64,000 bases of DNA, from the NCBI GenBank assembly GCA_964016885.1, contig OZ024740.1, positions 304,420,001 to 304,484,000 of the forward strand. Reading direction: 5' to 3'. The translations under genes were made by a program, and so were the position numbers. Positions 40,936-52,540 of the stretch are shown one piece after another (position 1 is the stretch's first letter; the number at the start of each line of letters is the position of its first letter). The notes beneath the pieces were generated by a model. It did not search any database, was not told where the DNA came from, and was given only the letters and a program-made list of their open reading frames with translations. Source of the DNA: Eledone cirrhosa (taxonomy: Eukaryota).

Positions 40936-41494
40936 TATCAATAATATATAAATTAGACTCAGGATCCCACATAACCCGTTTTGGGGGAGGCACTCTGTCA
41001 CTGGTAAATGGAAGAAAGAAGTTATCCTCAGACTGGAAACATGACTAGAATGTTTGCAACAGAGTAGGCTCTGTTAAAGGAACCCATGAGTCTAGTCTGT
41101 TAAAGCTACCCATGAATCTAGTAATGATATTAACCCTTTTGATACCAGCTACCTGAAACCACCCTGGATTTATGATAAAAAAAACTGCTAGATTTAAAAT
41201 GTGTTATCTTTTTTCTCAAGTAATGTCCTAAATACCAGCTTACTAATGAAAAATTTAGTTATTTTATTAAATTCTGACAAATGTTTGGTTATTTTCAAAA
41301 TTAATTGAAACACAAGCAGTGTATTTCATTAGAAATACAGTAATGACAGGGTTAAACTAGATAAGGGATTGAATCTACTGGGAGCCAATGATGATATTGA
41401 TGTTGCTACTACTTTTTGTGCATATTTGTCTTGTGTGAAAAAATGTTTTTAAAATACATGTAGCTGTGTCTTGGGTTGTGGTAGATTTGTCTGT

Positions 41495-42390
41495 ATATTT
41501 GGAAAATTGGGATTACCACTCTCGATTGCCATTGCTCAGGTGCCTTTCCAGATATCCAGACCACACGGCACCAATGAGTTAACCAGAGTATACCTTCCTT
41601 ATTTAAGGCTTTTAACATCTTGGGCCGAATTTCATCCTCCCCAGCAGCCATGCCATATTTGAGCTCTTTAATTGCTCTTGTAACCTCATCCTCTGAGAGT
41701 TTAATCATTGCTCCCAGATGCACCTCGTGTTCATCAGAATATGCTGTAGTGACTGGGTTTAGGAGATCAGCAAATCATCTCTGAAGAGAGGAGAGCCCCA
41801 TACTGTGTTTCTGATAGCAGCTGTAGAGGAGGACTTCTTATTACAAAGTTGGTGGATGGTCTACCAGAACTTTGGATGCCTTTACTGTAATGCACCAGCA
41901 TTTAGTAATCAGTAGAAGGGAGGTAGGCAAAAAAGCCAAACTCACTGTCTTCAATTCAGTATTCGTGCCAACCCTTACCTATGGTCATGAATCTTGGGTA
42001 ATGACCAAAAGAATAGGATCGCGAATACAAGTGACCAAAACAGGGTTCCTCCGAAGGGTCTTTGATAGTGTGCGTAGCTCAGAGATCAGAGAGTCGCTCC
42101 ATGTAGAGACACTAATTTTCCGAATTGAGAGATCACAGCTCCGATACTATGGGCATGTGGTTAGAATGTCCCAGGAAAGAATCACTGGACAGATTTTACA
42201 CGCAAAACCAACCAACAGGAGAGCCAAGGGTAGTCCCTGAGCACAATGGTTGGATAACATTCATGAACTTGGCTAGTCTTGCTGGGGCATCCAGCTGGAT
42301 CAATTGGAAATGGTGGTTGCTTTTAGAAGGAGTGTTTGAGACTGCTCTCACAATCCTCCCAGGAATAAGTGGGCGAAGAAGAAGTGCATA
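41495..42390. mobile_element. Expander/Rex3-like RTE in two oppositely oriented pieces
   Basis: - strand AAGEDEIRPKMLKALNKEGILWL...WQSRVVIPIF, then + strand KAKLTVFNSVFVPTLTYGHESWVMT...RSQLRYYGHVVRM with a (GAA)n tail. Other 3' pieces at about 15900-16170, 23265-23430(-), 43235-43465(-) and 47200-47730(-). Confidence 0.78.
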
Positions 42391-42981
42391 AGTGGATAGC
42401 AGGGTGATGCCATTGAAAACATTACTAATATTGATGGTAATTAGATTGAAGATATGATCAAAAGTACACCAGAAGTGACCATCCAGTCTTTTATCCAATT
42501 TATCTATTCTTAATTAGGATGGTAGACAATTCTAATTCAATATTTGAAATACAATCCTGCCTAATTCAAGCTACAATTAACAATTAAAGTTCAAAAGAAA
42601 TTAATTACATAAAGCAGTGATTCCAAAGCATGTTCATCCCACCCCCACATGGTTCTATAAATCAGAATCTATACACCATTAAACAGTATTATTCTGAACT
42701 TTGGTTTGCACATTTCTATGGAAAATGGCAACATAATAACATTTAAAAAAATGACAATAATTAATTATACAATACATGCAGCATATAATTACAATTAATT
42801 TAGCAAACTTGAACTTGCTCTAATGATACTGACTTCCTACACTCTGATAGTATTTTACTAAGTATTAGATAACAATACTTCACTGCATGTTAACCTCAAA
42901 CTAATATAAATAACAGCCAAATCACCCTTGAGAAATATAGATTGGGGTGATTTCCTATTGCTTATTGTAAGAACTTGTAAA

Positions 42982-43112
42982 GGCGCATGGATTAGTGATT
43001 AGAGCATTGAGCTCAAAATTGTAAAGTTGTGAGTTTGAATCCTGGATTGGAATGATGCGTTGTGTTCTTGAGCAAGGCATTTTATTTCATGTTGCTCCAG
43101 TTTACTCAACTG
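42982..43112 (+). mobile_element. tRNA-derived CORE-type SINE
   Basis: A-box-like TGGATTAGTGATTAG, B-box-like GAGTTTGAATCC, then TGTGTTCTTGAGCAAGGCATTTTATTTCA. Confidence 0.65.
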
Positions 43113-44083
43113 TAGGAGGCAAGCTGAAAGGTATCCTGAAACTGAAGACCTGGCTTGTATGCTTCAAACAGGGTGGACTCTACTAAATGCACACAAGGGC
43201 CAAGTGGTGGTGTCAAACTGGGCAATGCATTAAATCTTCTCTTCTTCATCCAATTATTCCTGAGAGAGTCGGTGGGGACTGAGTGCTCAAACACTCCTTG
43301 CAGCAGGTCCTGTCTAAAGCAACCATCCCCAACTGATCTGGCTGGATATCCCCAAACGAAACCAGCCAAGCTCATGGATGCTATCCAACCATCTTGCTCG
43401 GGGACCTGCTAGTTCGTTTTGCCCATAAAATCTGTCCAGCAATTCTTTCCTGAGATATTCTATCACAAATTTTACTAATGGTCTAAGCTATTGAAAGTTT
43501 AGAGTCTTGGTCAAATCGCCAAGGTTTAGTGACAAAATTTAAACCACCAACCATTTGGATAGCACTCTAACATGCTAACATCTAATTAAATCACCCAGTT
43601 CTGAGATTATCAATCAGTAATTATAACTTAATTTATCAGGAATAGATTTTGAAATTGCCAAAGTGTGTATGGATATATCGCCATTGGTAGAACATTGATA
43701 GCATTACTTCAGTGTAATTGCATGTGCTATATGAATAAGAAAGCAATTAAAATTTAACAGAACGTTAGCTAATTTGGTAGTAATTGTTGTACCATAAGTT
43801 GTCAAATCCTGTGATAATTGAGGCATCTTAGGTATTTAAATTTAGAAAAAATCCTATTTCTAAAGGTTATTCCATTAATCACCCCCCCCCCTCCTTTTTC
43901 TCTCTCTTTCACACTCACATATAGATATAGATTATGTTGTTAATCCTCAGGCACTGGCAAAAAATGTTTATTTACTTTGGCAATTTCAAAAACTCATATG
44001 GAAAGCTGGCTGTAGAAAGTGTAGTATAAATGGCAGTGCCCCAGCATGGCCTCAGCATGTTGGCTGGAACACATAATAGAGTA

Positions 44084-44114
<31 letters not shown>

Positions 44115-44646
44115 TTATTCATCAGCTATTGAAGCAGTAAAAGATTAACTGTAGGGTAGAAAACTCTTATAAGATTTACACTCTTCTTTTTGTAAGTATG
44201 AAGCAGTAAGTTGAATAATGGTCTTACTGGTCTTAACTCGTAATATTCTACCTCTATATATATATATATATATATACACACAGTGTGTTCACCTTCTACA
44301 CGAAGATGCGTTTGTGAACGAGGCGCAAATTCGCGTAATTCAAGAAGTCTAATATTTCTGATAAATAAAAAAAATTAAAAACCACACGTGTTATACCACA
44401 TTATTTGTGCAAAGTGAATATTTGATAATAGTTTTTCAAGAGGTGTTAAAGTGAATTTGCGTACTTCAAGTGCGCATAAAAAGCGAACAAACTCTGTATG
44501 TATACATATATATATATATATATATAAATATATATACAGTATTTTCCGTAGTGTTGTAATATAAATATTACACACAGTAGATGGACAGCTCACGTAGAGT
44601 TTGCTCGACGGTTCCAGTTGTAGTTCCAAAAGTAATCCGGAGAAAA

Positions 44647-45526
44647 ATAGAAGGATTTTAATGGATACAGTTTAGTTAAAAGGAATTTATTGACATGTGT
44701 TTCTATAACAGTTACATAACCTGAAAACAGCTGCTATCTACAAAGTATTAGTTATGCAGACATTCAATATTTCAATGTTATTATCAACTGTCATTTCATC
44801 GGAATAATTTTACTGAGGACCTGTTTGGTTTTTATAGAGAATATTAGGAGGGAGGGGTGAAGTTGTTAGTAGAATAGTTGAGGGAGTGGTTTTTTGATAG
44901 CAGTGAGAATTTTTGGTGGCAGTGAGTAATTAGATTCCCATCTGTTGTTTTGACATTTTTATAGAATATATTATTGGTTATTTTTCTAAATCTATAGAAG
45001 GATTAGAGATAGTATAGATATGCGTGGTTGGTTTTGTGTTTGCACTTAATTAACATTCAGACTTAAATTTTTCTTTCAAGTGTACGTATCCTTTCGCCCA
45101 CGCATTCACACACAAACATATATGCACACCTCTACAGAATACATATACTCACATACACATACTTACATGCTCATACTTACATACATATATACATGCACAT
45201 ATATATATATACACATATATACATGTACATACATACGCGTTCATGTGTATACATTTTCATACTCAACTTATCTTTATATACACACGTATAGACACACACA
45301 TATATAACAACTTCACCCCTCCCTCCTAATATTCTCTATAAAAACCAAACAGGTCCTCAGTAAAATTATTCCGATGAAATGACAGTTGATAATAACATTG
45401 AAATATTGAATGTCTGCATAACTAATACTTTGTAGATAGCAGCTGTTTTCAGGTTATGTAACTGTTATAGAAACACGTGTCAATAAATTCCTTTTAACTA
45501 AACTGTATCCATTAAAATCCTTCTAT
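44647..45526. repeat. 222-bp inverted repeat (arms 44647-44868 and 45305-45526), probably a Penelope-like element terminus
   Basis: The arms are reverse complements with one difference seen (CATG vs CACG); 436-bp spacer; (TA)n on the flanks. Confidence 0.93.
45364..45489 (+). ncRNA. Type I hammerhead-like motif, variant core (CCGAUGA), about 90-nt stem II
   Basis: Stem I TTATT/AATAA; CCGATGA 45371-45377; stem II ATGACAGTT/AACTGTTAT; GAAA 45470-45473; palindromic stem III ACACGTGT; GUC site ending at 45481. Mirror copy on the - strand at about 44684-44809. Confidence 0.6.
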
Positions 45527-45976
45527 ATAAATATATATATATAATATATATATATATATATGTATACACGCACATACATATACCGTATATATTTGTGTAA
45601 AAGTCAAAACCTTGTTCTTTGTCTTGCCCCCAAATTTAGATTTTTCTATCTATATTATGTAAAAGTTGGCCTTGGTTCTTTACAGACAACAGATTAACAT
45701 TTGGTACTTTCATGAATATAAATGTTATGGTGTGGAAATTAAGAGCTTTGTGGCTTTGTCTATGTGTTTTGTAGGAGGTGTGTTTTGATCCTTAGAAACA
45801 TTGGTACTATCTAAACTATAATAAAGTAAGAAACGCGGGGAAGCGTACGGTTTATAATTTTTTATCCTCTTAATAAAATAAGTTGGATTACTTTGAATAA
45901 ATAATGAATAAATATTACATAATTTATCTACTAAATTTCGTGGCTGTTCATTAAATATATTTTATTATTTATGGAT

Positions 45977-46155
45977 TGGCAGTATCGGTAGAGGGTCGGA
46001 CGCCATGCTTTCCAGCATAGTTACGTCCCTTTACGATCTGAGTTCAAATCCCGCCGAGGTTGACTTTGCCTTTCATCCTTACGGGGTCGATAAAATAAAG
46101 TACCAGTAATGCACTGGGTAATTGCTGGCCTTGTGCCTAAAGTAGAAACAATTAT
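45977..46155 (+). mobile_element. Well-preserved tRNA-derived Deu/Nin-domain SINE
   Basis: TGGCAGTATCGGTAG...GAGTTCAAATCCCGCCGAGGTTGACTTTGCCTTTCATCCTTACGGGGTCGATAAAATAAAGTACCAG. Sisters at 38912-39090(+) and 24525-24700(-); tail only at about 5455-5514. Confidence 0.85.
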
Positions 46156-46828
46156 TTATTTAAAGATTCACTTCTTTAAAATTTTCAAATGTCAACACTT
46201 CCGGTGGCAATCGCTTAAATAAACATATTAATTTTCTGTCACTAATTTTCTCCTAACGCAGTTTATATATAATATCGTCTTTTTTTTAATGTATCATGGA
46301 TTACGTTACTGATTACATAAGACAGTGTAACACAGTCTCTCTTCAATTTCTGTGTATATTGTCAATTACGATTTCATTTGACGTATCATATCTACATGTA
46401 TATATACTTGCGTATAATATCAATATAAACACTACACAAGCTAGCAGAAAACCACCCAAAGGGTGGTTTTTCTGCTAGTTACCATAATCTATTGTTTAAC
46501 ATCTGCTTATTGATACCTTATTTTCAATTGCAGGGTCAATTTCACCTCTTCAAAAATAGTATCTGTAATAGTTGAGATCATAAATTTAACCCTTTCACGA
46601 CTGCATTTATAATGAAATACACTCTATTTCAATTAATTAATTAAAAAATTACTAAATTTATTAATTATTTCATTACTAAGATTGTAACTTAATGTAAGGT
46701 TCTATATAAAATTATGTTGGAAGATTTTAATTTAAATTGGAAACCTTTAAAATAGGTGGTTTTATTTCATTGAACCAGAGCCAGTTTTGGCCGTGTTGGT
46801 AATTAAAGAGTTAAACAAATTAAACGAA

Positions 46829-46860
<32 letters not shown>

Positions 46861-47022
46861 CTTGAGTTCATGTAAACAACTAAACTGAGAAATCTCCAAT
46901 AGGTAAACCAAGTTATCAAAATATACTGTTGTCAGTAAATAGCAATCTTTCTGTCATCTGTTTGTTGTTAAATGTTTAAAACTGCTCTTCTAACATTACT
47001 AATGCCTCTTCCTCTATTTCAG

Positions 47023-47094
47023 GTTCTTGACAAGAGAGTGTCTCGTAACCATGGCATGCTGGAGGTAGTAGATGGGACATTGTTTCTTACACCG
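47023..47094 (+). CDS. APLF: APLF-like gene, exon 2 (FHA core)
   Basis: Pyrimidine tract + TTTCAG acceptor; VLDKRVSRNHGMLEVVDGTLFLTP (FHA SRxH motif; APLF has ITDKRVSRRH); GTAAGT donor; phase 0-0. Confidence 0.9.
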
Positions 47095-48236
47095 GTAAGT
47101 AGAGTTGTTCCCTTTACACATATCTGACATAAGTTGTTGCCTCACAGCATTGTTATTATTTCACTGAACATGGTAGCATGCTGTGAATGATGAACTTAAT
47201 CTTCACCCAATTATTCCTGTGAGGGTCATGGGGGAAGAGTCTTTAAACACTCCTTCCAGCAGTTCCTGTCAGAAGCAACCGTTTCCAACTGATCCAGCTG
47301 AATACCTAAGCAAGACCAGCCAAGCTCTTGAATGTTACTGAACCATCTTGCTTGGGGTCTTCTACCAGTTGGTTTTTTCCATGTAAAATCTGTCCAGCGA
47401 TTGTTTCCTGAGACATTCTAACCATATGCCCATAGTATCGGAGTTGTAATCTTGCAATTTGGAAAAGTAGTATCTCTACTTGGAGTGACTTTCTGATCTC
47501 CGAGCTACGTTCTCTATCGAGTAACGTTACTCCATAGGGTCTTTGGACCCCATTTCAGCCTCTTGTATTAATGATCATATATTTTTGGTCATTACCCACA
47601 ATTCATGACTTAAAGTAAGGGTTGGCACGAATACTGAATTGAAGAGAGCGAGTTAGACTTTAACACTTACCTCTTTTCTTCTGATTCTCTGAGCTACGCA
47701 TTCTATCGAGTAAAGTTACTCCAAAGAGTCTGACCAAATACCTTACTTCTGACGTACTAAGAGTACTGGTGTGGAGGCTAGAGTAGAAGATTTCTAGACT
47801 AAGTACCTTGGTGTATTTAGCTTTGTTTCACTTTATTCCGACTTCATAACACAAAATGCCTGATGATCAAACTTGGGAAATGACAGTTTATTCTAAGAAT
47901 GAGAAAATATCTGAGTATTGATAACCATCATCATCATATGTCTACTGTCTATACTGGGATGGGCTGGATGGGCTTTTATGGTCTGAGTCAATTCTCATTT
48001 AGCATTATTGCCCTCCTAGATGGGTCTGAGAAATACATCTCACTCATATATTTCAATTTTAGATATTGTTTTCATAATTTAACAAAATATCCAGTAGTAA
48101 AAAAAATCTGTATAATATACATGGCAATAAGGAAACAAACAAAAGAGAGGAAAATAAGAAAAAAAAAGGGAATTAAGCATCAAAAGAAAGGAAGGGGGGG
48201 AAGGGAATGGCCCTCCACCACGGTCTGAGCAGTGTT

Positions 48237-48480
48237 TCAGCTGCAGCCCATGAATAAAAGGGCCAAGATATTGCCGTGGAGAAGGGCCAGTGACACCCGC
48301 TGCAACAGCCATCCTACCTCACAGGGCTCCTTCATCAGGTGGGCTCTTGCCTTTCTGATTTTATGAAGGAAATCAGCAGTGCAGGGACCAAGGATACCTG
48401 AGGTATCAATGGTGAGTGGTATGAAAAGGAAGTGGTCAGTCAAGCGTTTGTATTTAGTTATGTTCCTCTCCTTTGTGATG
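48237..48480 (-). mobile_element. C-terminal restriction-like endonuclease fragment of a CRE-clade retrotransposon
   Basis: KERNITKYKRLTDHFLFIPLTIDTSGILGPCTADFLHKI...WLLQRVSLALLHGNI fits the remembered CRE C-terminal pattern F.P...ET.G..G..A..FL....QR.S.A..RGN. Confidence 0.65.
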
Positions 48481-48764
48481 TAGGTGGTAGTACCTCAGTT
48501 TATAGCTGGGGAAATTCACTGATATTTATATATTTATATATTTAGAACTGAAAAACTAGGCTCAAAAACTGAATTTTTAAACTTCTACTAGTGATGTCAT
48601 TGAGTGAACCAGTGTTTGCTACAATTATATAGTCCAACATTTTATTGTTTCTGTCACTCTATCACATTATTCTTTTCTTCTTATATTGCTAATCATTTTA
48701 TTTCTTACAAAGTAGGGATGATCAAATCAACATATTGAATTGCAAATATTTTCTCTCATTTCAG

Positions 48765-48931
48765 ACACATGCAAATCCCTGCTTCTACCAGAAAAAAGGA
48801 ACCAAAGATAGATTGGCTTTACCTAAAGACCAGCAGAAACGGTTGGAAGCAGGTGACATGTTTGGTTTACTGCAAGACAAATTTTTTTATGAAGTTACAT
48901 ATGGCACCGTCCAGAATGGCAAGGTTGAGCA
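48765..48931 (+). CDS. APLF: APLF-like gene, exon 3 (FHA C-terminus)
   Basis: TTTCAG acceptor; THANPCFYQKKGTKDRLALPKDQQKRLEAGDMFGLLQDKFFYEV... (APLF has IHTNPCFYQ...LNPGDSFSLLVDKY); GTGAGT donor, phase 2. Confidence 0.9.
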
Positions 48932-49249
48932 GTGAGTGTTTCTTGGATTTCTTTCTATTACTTTCCTTCTAACCTTAATTTCAATACTTTTAATGTGTTT
49001 ACTGGTTGAGAATGGTTGGATTACTGGTCTACTGTATAGAGGTTTTCATTATTCCTGCATTTCATAAAATCAGTCACATCTAAAATTGTTACTGTTTTTG
49101 ATGTTGCCTTTGTTGTTGCTCTCTTTGTTAGTATTACTGTTGTTGTTATTACAAAGAGATTATTAGCTCTTCTATAGTAGATTCATAACACTGTTAACTA
49201 ATTAAATCCTTTGGGGTTACCCTACAAATTCAGTATTTAAATTAATTAA

Positions 49250-52200
49250 GATTTGTAGAAATGCTTGAACGTAAGGAGGTCGATGTTTGTTGTATTCAAG
49301 AGACCAGGTGGAGGGGTGGGTCTGCTAGATTCATTGTGGGTAAAAAACGATGCTATAAGCTTTTCTGGGTGGGAAATGACAATGGGCTGGGTGGAGTAGG
49401 AATCATGGTAGCAGAAAAGTGGGCAGATAAGATAATAGACGTAAATAGAGTGAACGACAGAATAATTAAAATAAGACTTGTCCTCAATAGAACTACGGTG
49501 ACAGTAATATCTGCGTACGCACCCCAATCCGGACTGCCCGGCACTATAAAAGACAGATTCTATGAGACACTGATGCTCACTACCTCCCAAATAACCGACA
49601 GTGACTATATAATTATTGCAGGCGACCTAAATGGTCACGTTGGACAACATTGTGACGGCTACGACGGAATCCATGGAGGCTATGGGTTTGGTACTAGAAA
49701 TGAGGAAGGCTCCAGAATCCTGGAATTCTGTGACGCAAATAACCTAACCATCTGTAACACTAACTTCAAAAAACGAGACAATCACCTGATCACCTATAGA
49801 TCGGGGGAACACACAAGCCAGGTAGATTATATCCTTACCAGAAGACGTGACAGAGTGTCTGTTGTAAACACTAAACCCATGAAGAATGCACCTCCCAACA
49901 TAGACTGATAATTAGCGACCTAATAGTCAGGACGAGACGTACTAGACAGCAGAAGAGGACTATCCTCAGGAGAAAAATATGGAAGCTAAAGGACCCCACA
50001 GCCAGAAATAAATTTAAAAGCATACTACTTGATGCTTTCGACAGTAAGGAAGAGCAATTAGTCATACAATATAGAGGAACAGTGGGAATTCTTGAAAGCA
50101 AACCTGCTGATGGCGGCAGACGAAGTCTGTGGCTGGAGCAGGCCTGTAGGCAGGAGGAGAGTAACATGGTGGTGGAACAGTAAGGTGGAGGGGTCAATTA
50201 AGGCCAAAAAGCAGGCTTGGAAAGTATGGCGGGATGGGGGAAGTAGAGAAGACTATCAAGTGGCCAGGAGGGAAGCTAGGAGACAAGTGTACTTCGCAAG
50301 AAGGGAAGCAGAGGAAAGAAAGTTCAAGCATGTTCTACAACGAGGACCAAAAACGTGAGGTGTTCAGGATTGCTAGGCAATGTGTCAAGGAAAACCGTGA
50401 TATTGTCGGGGAGAAGTGTGTACTTAATGATGATGGCGTACTTGCCATCACCGACGCTGATAAGAAGGTAGCTTGGAAGTGTCACTACGAAAGGCTACTA
50501 AATGAGGAGAATAAATGGGAGAAAGACAGTCTCCCCCACATCGACCCAATAGAGGGACCAGCAGTGTTAGTCGAGGGTAGTATAATAAGTAAGGCAATCA
50601 AAGATATGAAGACGGGTAAGGCGGCTGGGCCTTTGGAAATAGTTGCTGAGATGCTGAAGGCATCTGGAACGGTGGGACACACCATGGTCACCCGGATAGT
50701 AAACCAAGTCGTACAGAATGGGGTTGTTCCGAAGGACTGGCGTAGCAGCATCATCATTAACTGTTATAAGGGTAAAGGAGATGCCCTAGATAGGAGTAAC
50801 TATAGAGGCGTTAAATTAATCGACCAGGTCATGAAGGTCACGGAAAAAGTAATAGCGCAACTAATCAGAGAGAGAATTGATCTAGATGAAATGCAGTTCG
50901 GGTTTGTGTCAGGCAAAAGTACCACAGAGAAAGCCTTCGACAGAGTCCCCCGTTCCATTATCTGGTGGGCTCTTAGAAAACTAGGTGTTGACGAATGGCT
51001 TGTGAGAGCTATACAAGCCATGTATAAAGAAACAGTCAGCAAGGTTAGAATTAACAACGAATATAGTGAAGAGTTTAGCGTAAAAGTTGGTGTCCATCAG
51101 GGCTCTGTTCTTAGCCCCCTACTATTTATTATTGCCCTTCAGGCTATAACAGTGGAGTTCAAGACCGGCTGCCCATGGGAACTCCTATACGCAGATGATC
51201 TAACGCTCATAGCTGAATCAATGGCCGAGCTAGAGAAGAAATTCCAAACATGGAAGCACGGCCTAGAATCAAAAGGCCTTAAAATTAACCTGGCTAAGAC
51301 TAAAGTTCTAGTTTGTAAGAAAGAAAATAAGGCGGCGGTCCCTTCCGGGAAGTGGCCATGCTCAGTGTGTAGGAAAGGCGTAGGTAGAAACTCCATTTTA
51401 TGTCCCAAATGCAAAGTATGGGTGCATAAAAGATGTAGTGGGATCACAGGTAAGCTAACTAAGAACATAGATTTTACATGTGGCCAGTGCTCTGGTGCAA
51501 TAAGTAGCAGCAAGTGCCCACAAAATACTAGCTCTTTCAATTGTGCAGAGGGTTCTATAGAAATAGTGGACAGCTTCAGTTACCTGGGTGACAAAATCAG
51601 CAGTGGGGGAGGGTGCTCTGAAAGTACAGTAGCTAGAGTCAGAACTGGATGGAAAAAGTTCAGAGAGCTTATACCACTATTGGCCGCTAAAGGGTTCTCC
51701 CTAAAAATGAAAGGCAGGTTGTATGATGCCTGCATACGAACAGCAATGTTGCATGGCAGTGAGACCTGGGCATTGTGTGCAGAGGATATACGCAGACTAG
51801 AGAGAAACGAAGCTTGCATGCTCCGCTGGATGTGTAATAGTAATATACGTGAACGGCAAAGCATAAACGAACTAAGGAAAAGATTAGAAATAAGAGGGAT
51901 CAGATGTTGTTTACTCGAGAGAAGGCTACGTTGGTATGGTCACGTGATGCGCATGAAAGACGACAGCCGTATAACAAAGTGCAGGGCAATAAAGATAGAC
52001 GGTAGCCACGGAGTAGGCAGACCCAGAAAAACCTGGGACGAGCTGATAAAGTCCGACCTCACACACTTACACCTCTCCAAGACAATGTCACTGGACCGAG
52101 ACCTATGGCGGTACTCAGTAATAGAGAAGACCTGCCTTACCTAAATACAAAGTAAAACCTACTACAGTCAGTAGGCATCTCTAACAAAATACTCCCCCCG

Positions 52201-52540
52201 TCCCACCACCCCTACCCCATCCACACCGCCCCTTCAATGTAAAGTTATGTTGGTGCCACAACATCCAGGCCGAAACAAATGAGATCGTGTAGATGTCACA
52301 ACAAAAAAACACACAGTCCACGCTGTAATGTGGCCGTGTAGGCAACACGGTAAAAACCTCCCAGCCCCACACTGTAAATGTGGTTGGTGTTAGGAAGGGC
52401 ATCCAGCTGTAGAAAACCCGCCAGACAGTCCTATGCGAGCAAGTCAACCACTCTTGCCTCAAGTGGGAAAACTCCTGTCCAAACCCATGCAAGCGTGGAA
52501 CATGGATGTTAAACGATGATGATGATGATGATGATGATGA
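49250..52540 (+). mobile_element. Near-full-length RTE LINE (APE-RT-PHD-like), inactivated
   Basis: CIQETRW, ISAYAPQ, AGDLNGHVG, QVDYIL, VHQGSVLSPLLF, LLYADD and RRLRWYGHV. Frameshifts near 49880, 50065 and 50340, an RT deletion at 50926, and a 3' UTR with a (GAT)n tail. Confidence 0.95.

Noticed and set aside
45977-46060. tRNA genes suggested by A/B boxes (also at 25703, 36393, 38912, 42982)
   Set aside because: No cloverleaf; each continues into a SINE body and tail.
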